Shown here: piece by piece, positions 57,556-64,000 of the stretch
Numbering within the stretch: the stretch's first letter is position 1
Layout: each line of letters begins with the position of its first letter
DNA from: Spirochaetales bacterium
GTDB lineage: Bacteria; Spirochaetota; Spirochaetia; JABMQR01
Length of the DNA: 64,000 nt
Assembly (NCBI GenBank): GCA_018399255.1
Contig: JAGYPA010000001.1
Location: 1,019 to 65,018 of the forward strand
Direction: 5' to 3'
Notes under the pieces: model-generated
The model's input: the letters and a program-made list of their open reading frames with translations, nothing else
Database searches by the model: none
What the model was told of the DNA's origin: nothing
Program-made: the position numbers and the translations under genes

Positions 57556-58109
57556 TAAACTTCCATAATTTCCTGTTCTTTTTTATCGAGCAGAACATTA
57601 ATATCTGCAACAAACGTGTCCGTAATTTTTTGAATTGAATCCTGACCCTGCTTAAGGTCATCCTCAGTAATAGTTTTTTGCTTCTCGAGCTTTTTCAGTT
57701 CATCAATAGCATCGCGTCTGATATTTCTCACGGCTACACGGCTGTTTTCAGCAATATTCTTAGCAAGTTTTACAAGTTCTTTACGCCTGTCCTCGGTAAG
57801 GGGCGGTATATTAATCCTGATGAGTTTTCCGTCATTATTAGGATTCAGAGAGAGTTCTGATTTAAGGAGTGCCCGTTCAATTGGTGCCAGGAGAGATTTA
57901 TCCCAAGGCTGAATTACAACAAGCCTCGCTTCAGGTACTGAAATGCTGGCTACCTGACTGAGAGGAGTCTCCTGTCCATAGTAATCAACTTTTATTTTAT
58001 CAAAAAGTGCAGTTGAAGCCCTGCCTGACCTTAGTGTGTTATACTCATTCTCAAGGGCTGTGATGCTTTTCTGCATTCGCTCTTCCATGCTGCTGATAAC
58101 AGATTTCAT
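57555..58109 (-). CDS. frr: Ribosome recycling factor.
   Basis: 184 aa; canonical RRF N-terminus and the conserved central RRD region. Confidence 0.9.
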   Translation of the reverse strand: MKSVISSMEERMQKSITALENEYNTLRSGRASTALFDKIKVDYYGQETPLSQVASISVPEARLVVIQPWDKSLLAPIERALLKSELSLNPNNDGKLIRINIPPLTEDRRKELVKLAKNIAENSRVAVRNIRRDAIDELKKLEKQKTITEDDLKQGQDSIQKITDTFVADINVLLDKKEQEIMEV

Positions 58110-58154
58110 AGTAACTCTCCATCAATTTAGGCTTAGTATTGCACAGTAAATAAT

Positions 58155-58186
58155 AACAGGCCATAAGTAAAAATGCTTACGGCCTG
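58155..58186 (-). other. Structured hairpin in the tsf-frr intergenic gap; a possible attenuator or processing site.
   Basis: ACAGGCCaTAAG taaaaatg CTTAcGGCCTGT forms a 12-bp stem with one mismatch. Confidence 0.4.
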
Positions 58187-58200
58187 TCATATTTCAACGG

Positions 58201-59043
58201 TTATGCTTCTTCTCCAACCTTAAAGTATCTGTAGTCTGTAATTTCCAGCTTTGTACCAACTTCTTTCGCTAACGCAGCGAGTACCTGGGATACACTTGAT
58301 TTATCATCTTTAACAAAGGGCTGCTGGAGAAAGCATATTTCAGAAAAATGCTTATTTATTTTTCCTTTCACGATATTTTCTACAACATTAGCCGGTTTAT
58401 CCATTGCGGCTACCTGTTTTGTAAAAATGTCCTTCTGCTCCTCGAGATATTCGTCATCAACAAGGTCACTGGAAAGATATGAAGGGCTGAAAGCTGCAAT
58501 ATGCAGGGCACAGTTAAAGAGAAATTCCTTAACAGCTTCAGATTCAAGAACTGCAGGATTTTCCGCTTTAATTTTAACGAGGACACCTAATGCACCTTCT
58601 CCATGAATATAGTCAGCAGCCATTTCATTATCAGCAAGTTCAAGGATAGAAAATCTTTTAATAGTCATGTTTTCCTTGATCGTGCTAATCAGATCTTTAA
58701 CCATATTTTCTAATTCTTCATCAATTTCCGATTTGTTTTTCTCGAAAACAGCAGCAAGGAGGGCCTCACCTAAGGCAATAAAATCTTTATTCCTGGCTAC
58801 AAAATCAGTTTCACATGCAATCTCGAGAATCCCTGCCCGGTCTGAGGTGATTTTTGTTGAGATACGTCCATTATTTGTTGCCCGACCGCTTCTTTTTGCA
58901 GCCGCAGCAAGTCCAAGTTCTTTAAGCTTTTTTTCTGCCTGCTGGAAATTTCCATCGGTTTCTACCAGGGCTTTTTTACAGTCAAGCATACCGGCACCGG
59001 TTTTTTCACGCAATTTTTTTACGTCTGATGCTTTTATTGTCAC
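58201..59043 (-). CDS. tsf: Elongation factor Ts. GTG start.
   Basis: N-terminal UBA-like KLREKTGAGMLDCKKAL, 280 aa. Confidence 0.9.
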   Translation of the reverse strand: MTIKASDVKKLREKTGAGMLDCKKALVETDGNFQQAEKKLKELGLAAAAKRSGRATNNGRISTKITSDRAGILEIACETDFVARNKDFIALGEALLAAVFEKNKSEIDEELENMVKDLISTIKENMTIKRFSILELADNEMAADYIHGEGALGVLVKIKAENPAVLESEAVKEFLFNCALHIAAFSPSYLSSDLVDDEYLEEQKDIFTKQVAAMDKPANVVENIVKGKINKHFSEICFLQQPFVKDDKSSVSQVLAALAKEVGTKLEITDYRYFKVGEEA

Positions 59044-59085
59044 TCTGTTCTCCTTATACTCATTCTTTATATTATCGAAGAAGGT

Positions 59086-59106
59086 ACTTGTCTTAACATG
59101 ACAAGT
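59086..59106 (-). other. Hairpin 10 nt downstream of the rpsB stop, in the rpsB-tsf spacer; a candidate attenuator.
   Basis: ACTTGTC ttaacat GACAAGT. Confidence 0.35.
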
Positions 59107-59115
59107 AACGATCTA

Positions 59116-60042
59116 CTACTCTTCGTACAGTGTTTCCTCATCAACAAGCTTAGCGGCCTCTTCATCAACAACGCCCTCAAGGACAGGGTTTTTTACGGGA
59201 GCGTCAACTTTTTCTTCGGCAGGATTGAAATCCGCATAGTCATCTTCCGAATACTCAGTTTCTTCATTAACCGGCACGTCCTCGCTTTCGTCAAAAGAAG
59301 AATCTTCACTCTCCTCAGAGCCGTCCAGCATTTCAAAACCGATTTCGTTATCTGCATCTACTACCGCATTTGCAATTATCTCTGTAAACAATGAAATTGC
59401 ACGAATTGCATCATCATTGCCCGGAATGGGAAAATCAATATCTGTTGGATCGCAATTTGTATCAACAACAGCTACTATAGGGATGCCGAGTCTTTTAGCT
59501 TCCGCAACCGCTATGGTCTCTTTTCGTGTGTCGATGATGAAAATTGCTCCTGGAAGATCCTTCATTTCCTTAATCCCGCCAAGGTTCTTCTCGAGCTTAG
59601 CCCGTTCCCGGTTCAGTTTGGCAATTTCTTTCTTGGTCAGGCTTTCAAAAGTTCCATCAATTTCCATCTTCTCAATTTTCTTAAGACGATGAATTGATTT
59701 TTTTATTGTTGAAAAGTTTGTGAGCATTCCGCCAAGCCATCGGTTGTTGACGTACGGCATGCCGCAGCGCTTAGCTTCATCTTCAATTGCCTGCTGAGCC
59801 TGTTTTTTTGTTCCAATAAATAAAATTGATTTGCCGTTCTTAACCTGCTCCCTGATTAAGTCATACGCTTCTTTGATGCATACTGTCGTTTTTTGCAGGT
59901 CAATGATGTGAATTCCATTACGTTCGGAAAAGATGAATTTCTTCATCTTGGGATTCCATCGTTTGGTCTGATGACCAAAGTGCACGCCTGACTCGAGCAG
60001 GCTTTTCATACTAACTACTGCCAAAATATTCCTCCATAACAC
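59116..60042 (-). CDS. rpsB: 30S ribosomal protein S2 with an acidic C-terminal extension of about 60 aa.
   Basis: [20 protein letters not shown]-terminus; ends in a D/E-rich tail. Confidence 0.9.
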   Translation of the reverse strand: MLWRNILAVVSMKSLLESGVHFGHQTKRWNPKMKKFIFSERNGIHIIDLQKTTVCIKEAYDLIREQVKNGKSILFIGTKKQAQQAIEDEAKRCGMPYVNNRWLGGMLTNFSTIKKSIHRLKKIEKMEIDGTFESLTKKEIAKLNRERAKLEKNLGGIKEMKDLPGAIFIIDTRKETIAVAEAKRLGIPIVAVVDTNCDPTDIDFPIPGNDDAIRAISLFTEIIANAVVDADNEIGFEMLDGSEESEDSSFDESEDVPVNEETEYSEDDYADFNPAEEKVDAPVKNPVLEGVVDEEAAKLVDEETLYEE

Positions 60043-60135
60043 GTGGTACGCAGCTATTAACTTAATTATAGCTGTTCATCGCACCTGCCTTCTCTGATTC
60101 TCACCTGACGGTGGAAATTTTGAGTACCTACATAC

Positions 60136-60759
60136 TCAATTTATTGGGGGGAAATAAAAACCCCGCTCTCGTAATATGCCAAATATTTCATGGATTGGCA
60201 AGCCTGCGACCGTAAAATAACTTCCTTTAATCGAAGAAATTAAGCACATCCCGATTCCCTGTATTCGATAGGCGCCGGCAGCCTGATCCCATTCCCCGCT
60301 TTGCAGGTACTCTTCTATCTCTTTTTTAGTTAAGGAAAAAAACGAAATATCCGCCCGATCCCAACCTGAATACGTAATTTGATCATCCGGAAAATATACC
60401 GCATATCCCGAGTATACAGAATGGGTATTCCCGGATAAAGCTGACAGCATGGCATAGGCTTCCCGATAGTTTTCAGGCTTGCCGAAAATCTCATCATTAA
60501 AAACTACCATTGTATCAGCTGTTAAAATTGGTATTGCTGTATCCGCGGGCATTTTATCACTTTCTAACATAACAGAAAGCTTATGCTTTGCAAGATGCTC
60601 AACTGAATCGCCGGGGAAAGCATGGACAAGTTCTTCATCAGCAAAGGTCGGGATAACGGAAACTCGAAATCCCGCCTGCTCGAGAATTCTCTTTCTGGCT
60701 GGTGATGCTGAAGCAAGAATGATCTTTCCCGTAAATGGTTTTTCTGGATCAGGATTCAT
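60136..60759 (-). CDS. maf: Maf-family nucleoside triphosphate pyrophosphatase. The start is revised to MNPDPEK, with GAGGAG 7 nt upstream.
   Basis: ILASASPARKRIL N-terminal motif and the conserved Maf core. Confidence 0.8.
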   Translation of the reverse strand: MNPDPEKPFTGKIILASASPARKRILEQAGFRVSVIPTFADEELVHAFPGDSVEHLAKHKLSVMLESDKMPADTAIPILTADTMVVFNDEIFGKPENYREAYAMLSALSGNTHSVYSGYAVYFPDDQITYSGWDRADISFFSLTKKEIEEYLQSGEWDQAAGAYRIQGIGMCLISSIKGSYFTVAGLPIHEIFGILRERGFYFPPIN

Positions 60760-62764
60760 GTTCGAGCTCCTCAAGTTCCTGATGTGTTTCTTCCCAGATA
60801 CCGAACTCTTTTTCTAACAAGCTTTCCATATCTGTTCTATCTGATGTAAGTTTTTTCATGATTTCACCGTTCTGGTAGTTTTCTGGATCTGCCATCTGCA
60901 AATTGACCCTTTTTATTCGGTTCTCAATTTCCTCAATCTCTTCCATGCTCTGGACGGCCTGTTTTTGAAGAGATTTTATTCTATTTCTTACAGCATTCTG
61001 GTTTTTGTAGGATGTACTGTTTTTATCGAGTCCCGAAGCAGGGCGAAATCCGCTTTTTGATCTGTCTGTCCTCTTAATTTCCTCATTCTGATGGTTTTGT
61101 TCATTTGTTTGAGAACTGGATTCAATATATTGATTTCTTTTCTCGAGCACCCAGGCAAAATATTCATACTCACCTTCAAATATCTCCATTCCGGATTCCG
61201 ACATGTAAAATATACGATTGGCAAGATTCCTGATGAAATAACTGTCATGCGAAACAAATATAAGGGTACCGGTAAAAGATTTCAGGGCTTCAAGCAGTAC
61301 ATCCTTGGCCGATAAATCAAGATGATTAGTAGGCTCATCAAGTACCAGGACATTATAGGGTTTCAACAGCAGCTTCAGAAGGGCAAGCCGGCTCTTTTCT
61401 CCTCCGCTTAAGATGGAAACTGATTTGTAAATATCATCACCCCTGAACAAAAAAGAGCCAAGATAAGATCTGAGCTTTGGAATGAGCTCAGTGGGCGCCT
61501 CTTTTTCAAGTTCCTCGTATACTGTCAAGTCTCCCGTAAGACTTTTATCAGAATCCTGCGCGAAATATCCTACAGACACCCCGGCCCCTTCACGCAATTC
61601 ACCGTCAAAAGCGGGATCTGCTCCGGCAAGAATTCTCAAAAGCGTCGATTTTCCGGCGCCGTTCTTCCCTGAGACTGCAATCCGGTCCCCTTTGACTATG
61701 GAAAAATTCAAGTTTGATAAAACCGGCTCAGCACCATAGGATTTGGTTAAGGATTCAGCATTGAATATAAGATTTCCTGAATGCTTTCCTGGCGGAAACG
61801 AAAAATGAATTTTTTTCAGATTTTCAGGAAGTTCTATCCTCTCAATTTTTTCAAGCATGGAAACCCTGCTTTGAACCTGGCGGGCTTTGGACTCCTTGTA
61901 CCTGAATCGTTCGATAAACTGTTCTATACGCTGAATCTCATTCTGCTGCTGTTCATAGAGCTTAATCAACTGTTCATTGCGCTGCTCCCGCTGTTTTTCA
62001 AAGGAAGAGTAATTTCCTGCATAGCGGGTCAGGGAACCCTGAAATATCTCTTCGACAGAATTTACCGTATCATCCAGAAAATCGCGATCGTGGGATACAA
62101 CGAGAATCCCCCCCCTGTAGCGTGATATATAATTTTTCAGCCATATCCGCGCTTCAACATCGAGATAATTCGTCGGCTCATCCAGCAGGAGAAAATCAGC
62201 CTGTTCCAGAAGCACTTTTGCGAGAGCTATCCGCATTTGCCACCCTCCCGAGAACTCCCTGCATGAACGCATAATATCAGATAATGAAAAACCCAGACCC
62301 TGAAGCACATGATAGATACGCGCTTCACGCTGGAAATACCCGGAGGTCAGAAGATGTTCATTCAGGTGGTGATGTTCAAGCAGAAGCGGCTCAAGCGATC
62401 CGGCATTACCTGACCCCGAATGATCGGCTGCCTGCCGTGATATTATATTTTCAAGATTCCGTACTGCATCCTGCATGGCATGATAATAGGTAAAAGCCTC
62501 ATCAGCAGCAGCATACACACTTGTATCGGGCAGAATATAATCTGATTGCGGAAGATAGGTTATCCTTGCTCCCCGCGAAATATGTATGGTACCCGAATCT
62601 GGCTTGATCAAGCCGCTGATGATTTTCATCAAGGTTGATTTTCCGCTGCCGTTAGCTCCGGCAAGAGCCGTACGGCTATTCTCGGAAAGATGTAAAGATG
62701 CCGAGCTGAGAATATCCCTGTCTCCAAACGCTAATGATACTGATTCCAGCTGCAATGTCGGCAC
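60749..62764 (-). CDS. ABC-F family ATPase (two tandem ABC domains, no TM domain; EttA/Uup/YheS-like).
   Basis: Two Walker A motifs (GANGSGKST; GKNGAGKST), two signature motifs (LSGGWQ; LSGGEKSR), an inter-domain linker, and a C-terminal coiled coil. Confidence 0.85.
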   Translation of the reverse strand: MPTLQLESVSLAFGDRDILSSASLHLSENSRTALAGANGSGKSTLMKIISGLIKPDSGTIHISRGARITYLPQSDYILPDTSVYAAADEAFTYYHAMQDAVRNLENIISRQAADHSGSGNAGSLEPLLLEHHHLNEHLLTSGYFQREARIYHVLQGLGFSLSDIMRSCREFSGGWQMRIALAKVLLEQADFLLLDEPTNYLDVEARIWLKNYISRYRGGILVVSHDRDFLDDTVNSVEEIFQGSLTRYAGNYSSFEKQREQRNEQLIKLYEQQQNEIQRIEQFIERFRYKESKARQVQSRVSMLEKIERIELPENLKKIHFSFPPGKHSGNLIFNAESLTKSYGAEPVLSNLNFSIVKGDRIAVSGKNGAGKSTLLRILAGADPAFDGELREGAGVSVGYFAQDSDKSLTGDLTVYEELEKEAPTELIPKLRSYLGSFLFRGDDIYKSVSILSGGEKSRLALLKLLLKPYNVLVLDEPTNHLDLSAKDVLLEALKSFTGTLIFVSHDSYFIRNLANRIFYMSESGMEIFEGEYEYFAWVLEKRNQYIESSSQTNEQNHQNEEIKRTDRSKSGFRPASGLDKNSTSYKNQNAVRNRIKSLQKQAVQSMEEIEEIENRIKRVNLQMADPENYQNGEIMKKLTSDRTDMESLLEKEFGIWEETHQELEELEHES

Positions 62765-63015
62765 AAGCTATCTCCTGAATCTCCTGAATTTCCTGCATTC
62801 TTTATGCATACTACCTATCATAATCCGATTCGATTTTCAATAGAGAGAGTATTCCGGTGTCTTCTTCATTGCAGCTGAATAATTAAGAATAATGCTTCTT
62901 TTAAAAATATTGATTGTTTATTACCTATAAAATAGAATAGGGATAATACTCAGATCGGAACAATGGAAAGTTATTTTCTGAATGTCTGATTGTCGACTGC
63001 TCCTGGAGAAATAAT

Positions 63016-64000
63016 ATGCTCTGTCTTACGTTAACAGAAACCAGCCTTGAAAAAGATCTTCTTCAGTTTCAAAAAAACCGGGATCTCATTGATATGGCAG
63101 AGCTGAGAATAGACCTGCTGGGATCGGAAATCTCAGTTGATGCCCTACGGAGATTTCCCTCGCTTTGCGAAAAGCCGGTAATTCTGACTTGCCGACGAAA
63201 AAAAGATGGTGGATTGTTTTCACAAAGTGAAAGAGTTCGGGTCAATCTTTTGAAAAGACTAGCCTCCGGAAATTTTGCGTACTGCGACCTGGAGGATGAA
63301 CTGCCCAGGGGGGAAATTGACCAGGCTTTCAGGGAAAAGGGCACAACCATAATTCGATCATTTCATGACATGACGGCAGTACCGGGAAATCTGTTTACAC
63401 GAATGCAGAAAATCGCTGACCAGGGTGAGATCCCGAAAGCTGCGGTTATGCCGAATTCATTTGCAGACACTGCCCGCATCTTTGAGTCAAAGAATGCGCT
63501 TCGGGAAATTGAGCGGAAAATCATCATTGGAATGGGAAATTATGGGGTTCCTACCAGAATTTTATATAAAAAAACAGGCTCATTTCTCACCTTCTGCTCA
63601 GCTCCCGGAAGCAGTCCCGGAGCTCCCGGACATCTGAATACCGAAAGTCTCCGAAAACTTTACCGTGCTGACCAGATCACCGATGAGACATCAATCTACG
63701 GTATCATCGGAAATCCGGTAATGCATTCAGCATCCCCTGCTATTCATAATCCAGGGTATCATCGTCTTGGTATTGATGCTGTATATGTTCCGTTCATGGT
63801 TGATTCGGTACGCACTTTTTTTCCTTTTGCAGAGTGGTTCGGGATAAAGGGTTTTTCCGTGACAGTTCCGCACAAGCAGAATGTTCTGCCGTATCTTGGA
63901 ACCATATCTCGTGAAGTAAAGCAGATAGGAAGCTGCAATACTGTAGTAAGAACAAAAAAGCTTTGGAAGGGCATCAACACCGATTATTACGGATTTCTTC
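63016..64000 (+). CDS. aroDE: Bifunctional 3-dehydroquinate dehydratase (type I, AroD) / shikimate dehydrogenase (AroE) fusion. It is partial (the 3' end lies beyond the window) and is absent from the ORF track.
   Basis: Own translation shows the AroD-I blocks (AELRIDLL, ILTCRRKKDGG, IIRSFHDMTAVP, AAVMPNSFADT, IIIGMGNYGVPTRI, SAPGHL) followed by the AroE N-terminus (IYGIIGNPVMHSASPAIHN..GFSVTVPHKQNV). GGAG lies 7 nt upstream of the ATG. Confidence 0.8.
   Translation, partial: MLCLTLTETSLEKDLLQFQKNRDLIDMAELRIDLLGSEISVDALRRFPSLCEKPVILTCRRKKDGGLFSQSERVRVNLLKRLASGNFAYCDLEDELPRGEIDQAFREKGTTIIRSFHDMTAVPGNLFTRMQKIADQGEIPKAAVMPNSFADTARIFESKNALREIERKIIIGMGNYGVPTRILYKKTGSFLTFCSAPGSSPGAPGHLNTESLRKLYRADQITDETSIYGIIGNPVMHSASPAIHNPGYHRLGIDAVYVPFMVDSVRTFFPFAEWFGIKGFSVTVPHKQNVLPYLGTISREVKQIGSCNTVVRTKKLWKGINTDYYGFL

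Noticed and set aside
60043-60135. GGGGGG..CCCC hairpin between maf and rpsB, considered as a terminator.
   Set aside because: It is not followed by a U-run on either strand. More likely it is part of the rpsB leader (TATAAT at about 60070 on the minus strand).
1-64000. Looked for mobile elements, integrases, transposases, toxin-antitoxin pairs, restriction-modification or other defence genes, tRNA/rRNA and CRISPR.
   Set aside because: None is recognisable. Every gap over 150 bp is accounted for by divergent promoters, the nitrogen regulatory region or the micro-gene locus. The window reads as conserved core chromosome.

Overview
This 64 kb window looks like core chromosome of a bacterium with Spirochaetes-like gene content, not an accessory island. 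The evidence for that lineage guess is the DapL-type lysine pathway, a type III glutamine synthetase, and ribosomal proteins S2, S18 and L9 carrying charged tails; the taxon is an inference only. GC content is roughly 45-48% by eye.

Gene content is dense and mostly housekeeping. In order: a rarA-like AAA+ gene (partial, with a long in-frame C-terminal extension), BI-1/YccA, a CBS-GHKL / DRTGG / PHP trio, an M29 aminopeptidase, xseA-xseB, a small 2x[4Fe-4S] ferredoxin, dapB-dapA-dapL-lysA, a nitrogen module (glnN, glnB-amt, GAF-type sigma54 activator), a UvrD/PcrA helicase, a DUF362 Fe-S protein, a HAD phosphatase, a phosphohexomutase, an Fe-chelate-type ABC importer, proA-proB, an unknown protein, an Amidase_3 amidase, pncB, serS, proC, trmL, dinB-ddl-murE, hflK-hflC, metG, a FemAB-like gene, murD, a 29-codon basic-peptide gene with its own promoter, a UDPGP-family gene, rpsF-ssb-rpsR-DUF2232-rplI-dnaB, rseP-dxr-cdsA-uppS-frr-tsf-rpsB (no pyrH), maf, an ABC-F ATPase, and an aroD/aroE fusion running off the 3' edge.

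The most interesting thing I can see is in the nitrogen module. There are two near-consensus sigma54 -24/-12 promoters, one for glnN and one for amt-glnB. About 120-160 bp upstream of each sits a pair of 12-bp TACA-N4-TGTA palindromes spaced exactly 30 bp apart, and a fifth, perfect copy sits just upstream of the sigma54 activator gene itself. That is a coherent predicted enhancer regulon for a sensor-kinase-independent, GAF-type activator.

I found no CRISPR array, transposase, integrase, rRNA or tRNA. Three genes are missing from the ORF track, two because they run off the window edge and one because it is under 60 aa; a fourth, 29-codon ORF is also below that cut-off and is reported as a candidate gene only. 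Coordinates I derived by hand may be off by 1-2 nt.
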